Assembly: GCF_042660085.1 (NCBI RefSeq)
Contig: NZ_JBHSTI010000003.1
Span: 11,962-43,961, forward strand
Direction of reading: 5' to 3'
Length of the DNA stretch: 32,000 nt
DNA from: Longivirga aurantiaca
Lineage (GTDB): Bacteria; Actinomycetota; Actinomycetes; S36-B12; CAIYMF01
Shown here in pieces: positions 17,557-27,214 of the stretch. The notes under the pieces were generated by a model that saw nothing but the letters and a program-made list of their open reading frames with translations, ran no database searches and was not told the DNA's origin. Position numbers and translations under genes: made by a program. How positions within the stretch are numbered: position 1 is the stretch's first letter; the number at the start of each line of letters is the position of its first letter.

Positions 17557-19109
17557 CCGATCTTGATCGTTTCACCGTGGTGGTGAGAATGGGTGGGTCA
17601 CTCGGCGACGTCGTAAAGACTCTGGTGCGGCTGAGCCCGTAGAACAGTGCGGTGCGGGGTGCCCGGGTCGCCGGATTGCTGCCGTTGAGCGCGTGGGTCT
17701 GTCTCCCGTCCAGAGCTCCCTCCGGGTGGCGCCGTGGCGCCGGTGCAGTGCCGGGGCCATGAGGGTGCGGAGGCGCGTGATGGATGTCGTCTTCGATCGG
17801 GTGGCGGGGCTCGATATCGGGAAGAAGCTGGTGGTGGTGTGCGTGCGCACACCGGGGGAGCGGGGGCGGCGGGTCTCGCAGATCCGCACGTTCCGCACGA
17901 TGACCCGCCACGTCGAGGTGCTGGGCGAGTGGCTGGTCGAGGAGGGTGTGCAGGTCGCGGCGATGGAGTCGACCGCCACCTACTGGAAGCCGGTGTTCTA
18001 CGGCTTGGAGGACCGGGTGGAGTGCTGGCTACTCAACGCGGCTCACATGAAGGCGGTGCCGGGCCGCAAGACCGACGTGCGTGACGCGGAGTGGATCGCG
18101 CAGTTGGTCGAGCACGGGCTGGTGCGGCCCTCGTTCGTGCCTCCGCCGTCGGTGCGCCGGCGGCGGAACCTGACCCGCTACCGGGTGCAGCTGATGGGTG
18201 ACCGGACCCGGCATGCGGGCAGGCTGGAGAAGCTGCTCGAGGATGCCTCGATCAAGCTGTCGTCGGTGGCCTCGAACATCACCGTGACCTCCTCGCGGGA
18301 GATGCTGGCCGCGCTGGTGGCCGGTGACCGGGACCCTTCGGTGATGGCCGACATGGCGCACTCCTCGCTGCGCCGCAAGATCCCTGACCTGACCGAGGCG
18401 CTGATCGGCCGGTTCGACGATCACCACGCGCTGCTGGTGGGGGCGATGCTGCGTGAGCTCGACCTGGTCGATGAGGCGCTGGTCCGGCTCGATGCGCAGA
18501 TCGAGGCGGAGATGACGCCGTGGGCCCACGAGCTCGATCTGCTGCGCACGATCCCCGGGATCGGTCCGGTGGTGTCCCAGGCGTTCATCGCCGAGACCGG
18601 CGGGGACATGTCCCGGTTCGGGTCGCCGGAGTCGCTGGCGGCGTGGGTCGGTGTCGCACCTGCGGTGCACGAGTCCGCCGGCAAGCGCACACCCGCCGGC
18701 TCGCGGCGGGGCAACAAGTGGCTGACCGCGGCGCTGGTCGAGGGTGCGCACTCCGCAGCGCAGTCCAACGGGACCTACCTCGCCGCTCAGTACGCGCGCC
18801 TGGCCTCGCGTCGCAGCGGCAAGCGCGCTGCGGTGGCGGTCGCGCACTCCATGCTCGTCTCGGCCTAGTGGATGCTGGTCCGTGACGAGCCCTACCAGGA
18901 CCTCGGCCCTGACTGGTTGTCCAAGCGCAACGACCAGGCGCACACCCGACGCCTGGTCGCGCAGCTCGAGCGGCTCGGCCACACCGTCGTCCTGGACCCC
19001 GTCGCCTAACACCTACGACCGCCGGAAACCGTTCCGGGCCAGTTCATCCGGGCTGCGCCCGGATGCTGTCGCGCCCTGGTGCACTTCATTCTCGGGTCAG
19101 TCCGCGCTG
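17557..19109 (+). mobile_element. IS110-family element, copy 1 (head-to-tail with copy 2)
   Basis: Ends inferred from alignment with copy 2: left end [C/G]CGATCTTGATCGTT, right end CATTCTCGGGTCAG followed by a CGCTG motif. Confidence 0.7.
17780..19009 (+). pseudogene. IS110-family transposase with in-frame TAG at 18866-18868
   Basis: MDVVFDRVAGLDIGKKLVVVCVRTPG..., MESTATYWKPVFYGLE, KTDVRDAEWIAQL, ESAGKRTPAGSRRGNKWL. After the TAG the frame continues with WMLVRDEPYQDLGPDWL...VVLDPVA* to 19009, matching copy 2. Confidence 0.85.
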
Positions 19110-20631
19110 GCGATCTTGATCGTTGGGTTGTGGGGATGAGAATGGTGGGGCCGCTCGGCGACGCCCTTTCACTCTGGTGCCGGAGAGCCCGAAGAAGAGT
19201 CCGGTGCGGGGACCTCGGGTGTGTCGAAGTTGTTGCTGCGAGCACGTGGGTCTGTATCCATGGCAGAGGTCCCTCCGGGTGGCGTCTCGTTCGCTGATGG
19301 TCGGGGGTGGTCGTGATGGATGTGTTGTTCGGCCGGGTTGCCGGGATCGATGTCGGCAAGGCGACGGTGACGGTGTGCGTGCGGACACCGGGCACCGGTC
19401 GTCGGAAACGCGGATGTTCGGCGACGATGACCAGGTCGCTGGTGGTGATGGCGGACTGGCTCGAGGAGTGCGGTGTGACGCTGATGGCGATGGAGTCGAC
19501 CGCGACGTACTGGAAGCCGACCTTCTACTGTCTCGAGGAAGGGATGGAGTGCTGGCTGCTCAACGCCGCGTATATGAAGGCGGTCCCCGGCCGCAAGACC
19601 GATGTGCGTGATGCGGAGTGGATCGCTCAGCTCCTGGAACACGGGCTGGTGAGTCCGTCGTTCGTGCCGCAGCCGGAGGTCCGCACCTTGCGGAACCTGA
19701 CGCCGTACCGGCTCCAGCTGATGGGGGATCGGACCCGGGCCGCGGGTCGGTTGGAGAAGCTGCTCGAGGCGCCTCGATCAAGCTGTCGGTGGTCGCGTCG
19801 AACATCACCGCGACGTCGTCGCGGGAGATGCTCGCTGCGCTGGTGGCCGGCGAGCGGGACGCGGCGGTGATGGCCGACCTCGCGCACTCACGCTGCGGCG
19901 CAAGATCCCGATCTGACCGATGCGTTGACCGGGCGCTTCGACGATCACCACGCGGCGATCGTCGGGCAGCGGCAACCAAACTGGAGCAGACCGAGACCGG
20001 ACTTCGGGGCATCGACGCCGAGCTCGAGATCCGGATGGTGCCCTCCGCGCGGCAGCTTGAGCTGCTGGGCACCATCCCGGGTGTCGGGTTGGTGACTGCG
20101 CAGGGCTTCATCGCCGAGACCGGTGGCGACATGTCGAAGTTCGGGTCGCCCGAGCGCCTGGCGGCCTGGGTCGGCCTGGCCCCTGCGATCCACGAGTCGG
20201 CCGGGAAGCGAACGCCGGCGGGATCCCGCCGGGGGAGCAAGTTCCTGACGTCAATGTTGGTCGAGGCCTCGAACTCCGCATCGCGCACGAAGAACACCTA
20301 CCTCGCATCGCAGTTCAAACGGATCGCCTCCCGGCGAGGCCACGGTCGAGCGGCGGTCGCCGTCGCGCACTCCAGGCTGGTCTCCGCCTATTGGATGCTC
20401 GTGCGCGACGAGCCCTACCAAGACTTGGGGCCGGACTGGCTGACCAAGCGCAATGACGAGGCGCACGCACGGCGCCTTGTCGCCCAGCTCGAACGGCTCG
20501 GCCACACCGTCGTCCTGGACCCCGTCGCCTAACACCTACGACCGCCGGAAACCGTTACGGGGCAGTTCATCCGGGCCGCGCCGGATGCTGTCGCGCCCTC
20601 GTGCACGTCATTCTCGGGTCAGTGGACGCTG
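19110..20631 (+). mobile_element. IS110-family element, copy 2
   Basis: Left end GCGATCTTGATCGTT directly abuts copy 1; right end ...CATTCTCGGGTCAGTGGACGCTG. Confidence 0.7.
19316..20532 (+). pseudogene. IS110-family transposase, frameshifted
   Basis: MDVLFGRVAGIDVGKATVTVCVRTPG...RLEKLLEA then frame change near 19769 (CTCGAGGCGCC versus CTCGAGGATGCC in copy 1) to SIKLSVVASNITATSS...; a second disturbed stretch at about 19888-19985. Confidence 0.85.
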
Positions 20632-20749
20632 GGCCTGAGCAGCTCGCTGCGCCAACGTTCCGCAAGGGGAAGCCGGACGGTCCGATGGTTGCGCGGTGGT
20701 CGGCCGCCGCTCATGGACCAGGTCGGTCGGGAGGGCCGTTCGCCGATGT

Positions 20750-21577
20750 CAGTCACGGTCACCCCCGCCGGGGGTGCGGCTCGCTTCTGGCCCGATGTAC
20801 TCAGGCGTCGAGCAGTCCCTCGCCATGGAGGTGTTCGAAGACAAGAACCGCCCGGACACGGGGCTGGTGATCTGCGAGACGCCGACGAACCCGACCCTGG
20901 AGCTGCTCGAAATCTCCGACGTCGTGGCGCAGGCGGGTGAGGTGCCCGTGCTGGTCGACTCGACGTTCGCAACCCCCGTCCTCCAGCAGCCCGCCCAGCA
21001 CGGCGCGGCCCTGGTCATGCACAGCGCGACCAAGTTCCTCGGGGGCCACGGCGACGTGATCGGAGGTGTAGTGGCGTGCGAGGAGGACTGGGCCGGGCGG
21101 CTGCGCGGGGTGCGGGCGATCACGGGTGCTCTGCTGCACCCGCTCGCCGCCTATCTGCTGCAGCGCGGACTGCCCACGCTCCCGCTGAGAGTCGAAGCGC
21201 AGCAGCGCACCGCCACCGAGATCGCGACCTGGGTCAGCAGCCATCCCGCCGTTACCGCGGTGCACCACCCGAGCCTGCCGGGCGCCGATCCATTGGGGCT
21301 CTTGGGCAAGCAGCAGGCCGGGCCGGGCAGTCTGCTGGCGCTCGACGTGCTCAGCGAGGGACCTGCTGCGCGTCGCGTCGTCGAATCGCTGCAGCTGATC
21401 ACTCACGCGGTCTCCCTCGGGGGGATCGACTCGCTGGTGCAGCATCCGGCCTCGCTCACGCACCGACCGGTCGAGGCCTCGGCGCGCCCGCACGAGTCCC
21501 TCCTGCGTATGTCCGTGGGGCTCGAGGACGCCGAGGACCTCATCGCCGATCTCGACAACGCACTACGTGCGCCGTGA
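20750..21577 (+). pseudogene. N-terminally truncated Cys/Met-metabolism PLP enzyme (cystathionine gamma-synthase/lyase family)
   Basis: MEVFEDKNRPDTGLVICETPTNPTLELLEISDVV...VLVDSTFATPVLQQPAQHGAALVMHSATKFLGGHGDVIGG; the N-terminal ~100+ residues expected for the family are absent upstream. Left limit approximate. Confidence 0.75.
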
Positions 21578-21944
21578 TGGTGGAATGGCACTCGCGTTCC
21601 TTCGCGTCTGGCGGCGAGGCCGACCTCGAGCTGCTCGACGAGATCCAGCGTCGGGTGCTGTGGCTGGCCGTGCGGATGGTCGACTCCGCCAACCACGACC
21701 GTGATGCCAGCGACGGGGTGAAGGTCGGTGGGCACCAGGCGTCGAGCGCGTCACTGGTCACAGCGATGACCGCGCTCTGGTTCGCCCATCTCGAGGCACA
21801 GGACCGCGTGGCGGTGAAGCCGCACGCGTCGCCTGTGCTGCACGCGATGAACTATCTGCTCGGCGATCTCGACCGGTCCTACCTCACCCGGCTGCGCGCG
21901 CGTGGTGGCCTGCAACCCTATCCGTCGCGCACCAAGGATGCCCG
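21577..21944 (+). pseudogene. 5' fragment of a transketolase/pyruvate dehydrogenase E1-like gene
   Basis: MVEWHSRSFASGGEADLELLDEIQRRVLWLAVRMVDSANHD...DGVKVGGHQASSASLVTAMTALWFAHLEAQDRVAVKPHASPVLHAMNYLLG...SRTKDA, then homology stops. Overlaps the preceding stop as ATGA. Confidence 0.7.
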
Positions 21945-22081
21945 ATGCTCACCGTCATCGGTCCGGCGAACCCGTCCAGGTAGCGCTTGCCATCGGTGTC
22001 GTAGAGGAAGACCCCGTGGCCGCGGTCGACGGTGGGGTAGTGCCGGTGGACGTGCTGCTTGAGCCGGGCGCTGTCGGCCAT
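21945..22081 (-). pseudogene. 5' fragment of class-III aminotransferase gene
   Basis: MADSARLKQHVHRHYPTVDRGHGVFLYDTDGKRYLDGFAGPMTVSIGHP then truncation against the opposite-strand fragment. Confidence 0.75.
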
Positions 22082-22165
22082 GGCGGGTCCTGTCCTGGGC
22101 GGGCGTCTCCGCGGCCACGGCGGTCGGTCGGCCCCGGGCCGTGCTGCTGTGGTCGGGCAGAGGGG

Positions 22166-23341
22166 TCAGCGGGTCTCGAGGTCGTACGCGGCCCGGAACG
22201 CGGCGTGCACCTCGTCCCTGGTCCACGCGACGGGCGACATGGTGACGAAGAAGTCCTGCAGGGCGAGATCGGTGAGCAGGTCCAGCTCGTCCTCGGTCAC
22301 GCCGACGTCGCGCAGGACCGGGAACCGGAGGTCAGCGAGGATCTGTCGGATCGCCCGCACGCAGCGCGACCCGTCCGAGGTGCCGTCCTGGGGGACGCCG
22401 AGGGCGTCGGCCACCCGCTCGAGCTGGTCCGGGACGTGCGCAGCCTCACGCTCGAGCGTCTCGGCGAGGACGAGGCCGATGGTGAGGCCGTGTGGCACGT
22501 GCTTGACCCCGCCGATCGCCTGGCCGAGCGAGTGCTCCGCCGTGCAGTCGGAGATGTTCATCGTCAGGCCCGCCATCGTGCTGCCGCACGCCATGTCGGC
22601 GCGGGCCGCGGCATCCGACCCGTCCTTGGTCGCCCGGGCCAGCGAGCGTCCCATCATGCGGATCGCCTCGAGCGCGATCGCGTCGCCGATCGGTGTGCGC
22701 ACCTTCGCCACCATGCCGGCGATGGCCTGGGCGAGCGCGTCGATCCCGGTATTGGCGGTCATCGACGGTGGCATCGAGTAGGTCAGCCGCGGGTCGACCA
22801 GCGCGTACTGCGGACGCAGGCTCGGGTTGGCGATGCCCGACTTGGTGTTGTTCTGCAGGTCGGAGATGACCGCGCCGCCGGACACCTCCGAGCCGGTGCC
22901 GGCGCTGGTGGGCAGCGCGATCAGCGACCGGGACGGCGTCGGGTAGGTGCGGTCGGAGGCGAGGAAGCCACGGAAGTCCACGCCGAGCTCCGCGCACAGG
23001 CGGGCGGCCTTGGCCGTGTCGATGACCGAGCCGCCCCCGATCGCCACGACCACGCCGGCTCCGGACGCGGCGAGCGTGGCGATGGCGTCGTCGACAATCT
23101 CGATGCTCGGCTCGCCGGCCGGCTTGTGGAAGAAGGTGGTCTCGAGCCCGGCGTCGTTCGTCAGCTGGCCCACCAGCGCCGCGGCCGCGGGGTTGAACTG
23201 CTCGATCCCCTCGTCGAGCATGACGAAGGCCCGCGTGTCGCCCGCCTCGCGCACGACGTCGTTCAGCGTGTCGGCCACTCCCTCGCCGAAACGGATCCTG
23301 ACGGGGAGGTGGTTGGCGAAGGCCGTGATCGGCTGGGACAT
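22166..23341 (-). CDS. Iron-containing alcohol dehydrogenase
   Basis: MSQPITAFANHLPVRIRFGEG...GVVVAIGGGSVIDTAKAARL...LIALPTSAGTGSEVSGGAVI...STEHSLGQ-type region CTAEHSLGQAIGGVKHVPHGLTIG. Confidence 0.92.
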   Translation of the reverse strand: MSQPITAFANHLPVRIRFGEGVADTLNDVVREAGDTRAFVMLDEGIEQFNPAAAALVGQLTNDAGLETTFFHKPAGEPSIEIVDDAIATLAASGAGVVVAIGGGSVIDTAKAARLCAELGVDFRGFLASDRTYPTPSRSLIALPTSAGTGSEVSGGAVISDLQNNTKSGIANPSLRPQYALVDPRLTYSMPPSMTANTGIDALAQAIAGMVAKVRTPIGDAIALEAIRMMGRSLARATKDGSDAAARADMACGSTMAGLTMNISDCTAEHSLGQAIGGVKHVPHGLTIGLVLAETLEREAAHVPDQLERVADALGVPQDGTSDGSRCVRAIRQILADLRFPVLRDVGVTEDELDLLTDLALQDFFVTMSPVAWTRDEVHAAFRAAYDLETR

Positions 23342-23375
23342 GGGGTGCTCCGTTCCGTTGGTCGTCTCGAGGTGG

Positions 23376-24113
23376 TCAGGCGTCGGTACGGCGCTGCGAC
23401 GCCGCCTCGACAAGAGCACTGAAGAACGCGGTCATGCGGGGCTTCTCGGGGTGCCATTGAACCCCGACGGTGAACCGGTTGGCAGGCCACTCGAGGGCCT
23501 CGACGCAGCCGTCCGAGGTGGCCCGCGCCGCGACCGTGGCGCCAGGCGCGACCGTGGCCACGCCCTGGTGGTGGTGGGAGTTGGTCTGGAGCGTGTCGGC
23601 GCGCACGATGCCCGCCAGGGCGGTGCCCTCCGCCACCCGCGTCTCGTGGAACGTGGTGTGGTCCAGGTGCCCGGGTGCCGGGCGGTGGTCGGAGAAGCCC
23701 GCGTGCACGAGGTCCTGGTGCAGCGTCCCGCCACCCGCCACGTTCATCACCTGCAGGCCGCGGCACACGCCGAGGAGGGGGACGTCCCGTTCGATCGCGC
23801 GGCGGACGAGCGGGATCTCGTAGCTGTCCCGCACGTGCGAGGTCTCCTCGAGCAGCTCGTGCGGGTGCTCGCCGTACTCGAGGGGATCGAGATCGGCGCC
23901 GCCGACGAGCAGGAGACCGTCGACGCGCTCGAGCACCTGGTCCATCGCGTCGGGGTCGCCGCCCCCGAGCGGCGGCACGATGATCGGCAGCCCGCCTGCC
24001 TCCCAGACCGCCGCGAGGTAGGTGTCGGCGACGAGGTGGGCGTGCTCGTGCCAGAACCCCCACTGCGCCGTCGTGAACACGGCGGGGATCCCGATCACCG
24101 GTCGCGTCGTCAT
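23376..24113 (-). CDS. Gamma-glutamyl-gamma-aminobutyrate hydrolase family (peptidase C26) protein
   Basis: MTTRPVIGIPAVFTTAQWG...LLVGGADLDPLEYGE...PLLGVCRGLQVMNVAGGGTLHQDL...SNHHHQ-like TNSHHHQGV...VGVQWHPEK. Confidence 0.92.
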   Translation of the reverse strand: MTTRPVIGIPAVFTTAQWGFWHEHAHLVADTYLAAVWEAGGLPIIVPPLGGGDPDAMDQVLERVDGLLLVGGADLDPLEYGEHPHELLEETSHVRDSYEIPLVRRAIERDVPLLGVCRGLQVMNVAGGGTLHQDLVHAGFSDHRPAPGHLDHTTFHETRVAEGTALAGIVRADTLQTNSHHHQGVATVAPGATVAARATSDGCVEALEWPANRFTVGVQWHPEKPRMTAFFSALVEAASQRRTDA

Positions 24114-24148
24114 GCTGCCTGCCTCTCGTCGGTCGTGCTCGCGGTCGA

Positions 24149-25630
24149 TCAGATGGGCAGGGCGGGGTCGTCCACGCCGATGGTCCGGCGGCCCTGGAAG
24201 AACCGAACCATGTCGGTGGGGCCGTGCCCGCCGATCCCGGCGTTGTTCCAGAAGGTCTGCTCCGAGCCGTCGGCGAGGTCGGCGAGCTTGCACCCGTTGA
24301 CGCGGACCTCGCCCGCCGGGATGCGCGCGGCCACCTCGAGCGCAGCGGCCGTGTCCGCTCCGAACACGAAACCCGCCAGGCCGGTCTCCGGTCCCTCCGC
24401 CGCGGCGACGGCGTCGGCCACCGTCGGCACGGCGTGGACGGTGATCGCCGGCCCGAACAGCTCCCGGGTCGAGGCGGCGGCGGGCAGCCCCACGATCAGC
24501 GACGGCGCGAAGAACCAGCCGTCGAGGTCCGGGACCTCGGCCGTGGCCAGGCGGGTGCCGCCCGCTGCCACCAGCCGGTCGACCTCCTCCTCGACCCGTG
24601 AGCGGTGCAGCTCGTACGCCAGCGGCCCGACGTCCGTCGCCTCGTCGAGGCAGTGGCCGACGACGACCGAGCCGAGCCGGTCCAGCAGCGCCTCGACCAG
24701 CGGGTCGTGCAGGTGCTGCGGGACCAGAACCTTCCCCGGAGCCTCGCACCACTGGCCGTTGAGCTTGGTCATGCCGTCGACGAGAGCGGCTGCGGTGAGC
24801 TCGATGTCGGCGTCGTCGAGGACCACGGCCGGGTTGTGCCCGCCGAGCTCGAGCTGGAGGGCGGTGAAGTGCGGCGCCGCGGCCGTGGCGACCGCGCGAC
24901 CCGCCGGTGCCCCGCCCGTGAACGAGATCGCGCGCACGCGCGGGTCGCCGGCCAGCTGGGAGCCCACGGCGGCGGCGCCGTGCACCAGCTGGAACGTCGC
25001 CGGCGGGAGCCCGTGGCGGCGCACCACCTCCTCGACCACGTCGGCGACGATCTGGCACCCGCCGGGCGCCCACTCCGACGGCTTGAGGATGACCGGGCAG
25101 CCGGCGGCGAGCGCGCTCGAGAGCTTCGCCACCGCGACGAAGGTGGGTGCGTTCCACGGGGCGAGCACGACAGCGGGACCGAGCGGTCGGCGCAGGAGCA
25201 CCACGCTGCGGTCCGCGTCGAGCACGTCCGCCTCGCCCACGGAGCGCAGCTGCTCGAGCGAGCCGAGCACCCGCGGGCCGATGTAGGCGGCCATGGCCCG
25301 CGCCACCCGGATGGCGTTGCCGGTGGACATCGCGTCCTCGTAGGCGAGGTCCGCCGCACGCAGCGTCAGCCCGGCGGCGATGTCCTGGAGGACGGCCGCG
25401 CGCACGTCGATGGACAGCGTGGCCAGCGCCCCGCTCCGGTGCAGGGCGTCGGCGGCGGCCAGGGCCCGCTCCACCTGGTCCGACGCCGTGGCGAGCTGGG
25501 GCGCGAGCACGGCACCGGTGTTGGGGTCGGCGAGCGAGCCCAGGGTCACGGCGGGCTCCTGCCAGGCTCCGTCCACCAGGTCGACCTGGGGTCGGGGCGG
25601 CTGCAACGGGGGGAGGGTCGCCATCGTCAT
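24149..25630 (-). CDS. Aldehyde dehydrogenase family protein
   Basis: PLGPAVVLAPWNAPTFVAVAKLSSALAAGCPVILKPSEWAP...LQLELGGHNPAVVLDDADIEL...GQWCEAPGKVLVP. Confidence 0.93.
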   Translation of the reverse strand: MTMATLPPLQPPRPQVDLVDGAWQEPAVTLGSLADPNTGAVLAPQLATASDQVERALAAADALHRSGALATLSIDVRAAVLQDIAAGLTLRAADLAYEDAMSTGNAIRVARAMAAYIGPRVLGSLEQLRSVGEADVLDADRSVVLLRRPLGPAVVLAPWNAPTFVAVAKLSSALAAGCPVILKPSEWAPGGCQIVADVVEEVVRRHGLPPATFQLVHGAAAVGSQLAGDPRVRAISFTGGAPAGRAVATAAAPHFTALQLELGGHNPAVVLDDADIELTAAALVDGMTKLNGQWCEAPGKVLVPQHLHDPLVEALLDRLGSVVVGHCLDEATDVGPLAYELHRSRVEEEVDRLVAAGGTRLATAEVPDLDGWFFAPSLIVGLPAAASTRELFGPAITVHAVPTVADAVAAAEGPETGLAGFVFGADTAAALEVAARIPAGEVRVNGCKLADLADGSEQTFWNNAGIGGHGPTDMVRFFQGRRTIGVDDPALPI

Positions 25631-25697
25631 CCGTTCCTCGGGGTCGGGTCGGTCGCCGGTCCGGGGATCGGCGACCGCATGCGAGTGGCTGGAGCCG

Positions 25698-26813
25698 TCA
25701 TGCCGCACCCGCCCCGACGCGGAGCACCACGCGGATCGTGCCGGGGTCGCGCATGCGACGTAGCCCCTCGTCGATCTGGTCGAACGGCAGCACCTCGGTC
25801 ACCATGCCGTCGAGGTCGAGACGACCCGACCGGTAGTGGTCCACGAACATGTCGACGTCGCTGAGGAAGCGGTTGGCACCCATGTAGGCGCCCTGGATCC
25901 GCCGGTCGCCGTACACGAGGGCGTCGGCGGGGATGCCGATCGTGCGTCCCTCGGGCATGAGACCGAGGACCGTCGCCGTCCCGGCGGGTGCGAGCAGGTC
26001 GAAGGCCAGTGCCGCCGTGGCCGGGTTGCCGACGGCCTCGATGGCGTGCGAGACGCCTCCCGGCACGAGGTCGTGCAGCCGGCGGACCACGTCGGCCGGG
26101 TCGCCCTGGGAGAGGAGGGTGTCGGTCGCGCCGAAGCGTCGCGCCACCTCGAGCTTCGCCGGCTGGCTGTCCAGGGCCACGATCCGGCGGGCCCCGGCCA
26201 GCCGGGCGCCCTGGAGGGCGGCGATCCCGACGCCGCCGCACCCGATGACCGCCACCGTGTCCTCGCTCCTCACCTGGGCACCGTGGACCACCGCCCCGAC
26301 CCCCGTCGTGACGCAGCAGCCGAGAAGGCAGGCGACGACCGACGGGACGTCGTCCGGCACGATGGCGAGGGAGTCCTCGGAGGCCAGGAAGGCCTCGCCG
26401 AACGCGCCCATGTCCGCCAGCGCCTGGACCGGCGTGCCGTCGGGGAGGGCGAACCGCGGGCGGGGGCGGGCACGCACCTCGGCCACGCGGCTGCACTGCG
26501 TCGGACGTCCGGCCAGGCAGTGCGGGCACTGTCCGCACGAGGGCGTCACGGTGGCCACCACGCGTTGCCCCACCCGCACCCGGCTGACCTGCGCCCCGAC
26601 CGCCTCGACGATGCCGGCGACCTCGTGCCCGAGGACGGCCGGCCGGTCGATGCCGAGCGAGCCCTCGACGTAGTGCACGTCGCTGTGGCACAGCCCCACG
26701 TGCTCGGTGCGTACGACGACCTCACGGTCGAGCGGATCGTCGAGCAGGACGTCGGTGAGGGTGAGGCGGTCGCTGCCGTCGAGCAGCACGGCGGCGGTGA
26801 TGGGAAGGGGCAT
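25698..26813 (-). CDS. Zinc-dependent medium-chain alcohol dehydrogenase
   Basis: VGLCHSDVHYVEGSLG...PAVLGHEVAGIVEAVG...CGQCPHCLAGRPTQC...VAVIGCGGVGIAALQGARLAGARRIVALD. Confidence 0.93.
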   Translation of the reverse strand: MPLPITAAVLLDGSDRLTLTDVLLDDPLDREVVVRTEHVGLCHSDVHYVEGSLGIDRPAVLGHEVAGIVEAVGAQVSRVRVGQRVVATVTPSCGQCPHCLAGRPTQCSRVAEVRARPRPRFALPDGTPVQALADMGAFGEAFLASEDSLAIVPDDVPSVVACLLGCCVTTGVGAVVHGAQVRSEDTVAVIGCGGVGIAALQGARLAGARRIVALDSQPAKLEVARRFGATDTLLSQGDPADVVRRLHDLVPGGVSHAIEAVGNPATAALAFDLLAPAGTATVLGLMPEGRTIGIPADALVYGDRRIQGAYMGANRFLSDVDMFVDHYRSGRLDLDGMVTEVLPFDQIDEGLRRMRDPGTIRVVLRVGAGAA

Positions 26814-26827
26814 GCGACTACCTCGCG

Positions 26828-27124
26828 TCAGGGGATGGCGGTGATGGCACCCAGCTCGGCCGCGCCACCGGGGGAGCCGAGCGGGGAGTCGTGGCCGGGC
26901 AGGACCTCGAAGAAGAGACGGCGCGCGCGATCCAGGTCGGCGCCGCCGTCGGCGAAGGTGATGGCCTCGACCGGGCACTCCGGCTCGCAGGCGCCGCACT
27001 CGATGCACTCGGTGGGGTGGATGTAGAGCTGGTCGCCGGCCTCGTAGATGCAGTCGACGGGGCAGACGTCGACGCACGAGCGGTCCATGCTCGTGGCGCA
27101 GACCTCGGAGATGACGTAGGGCAT
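26828..27124 (-). CDS. Ferredoxin (3Fe-4S/4Fe-4S type)
   Basis: [55 protein letters not shown]. Confidence 0.93.
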   Translation of the reverse strand: MPYVISEVCATSMDRSCVDVCPVDCIYEAGDQLYIHPTECIECGACEPECPVEAITFADGGADLDRARRLFFEVLPGHDSPLGSPGGAAELGAITAIP

Positions 27125-27214
27125 GTCAGTTCCCGTGAGCTGGGCCGGGCCCGGGGTGCGCCCGGAGACCCGGAGCGGTGGAGGCGGCGCGGCGGATCGC
27201 CCCGGCGTCGGTCA

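Noticed and set aside
17540-17760. CCAGAG in IS110 leader matching the left flank as a guide
   Set aside because: A 6-nt match is expected by chance; insufficient to assign a bridge-RNA target loop.
21902-23422. 506-aa plus-strand ORF
   Set aside because: Antisense shadow of the iron-containing alcohol dehydrogenase; runs through the gene-fragment junction.
24605-25864. 419-aa plus-strand ORF
   Set aside because: Antisense shadow of the ALDH gene.
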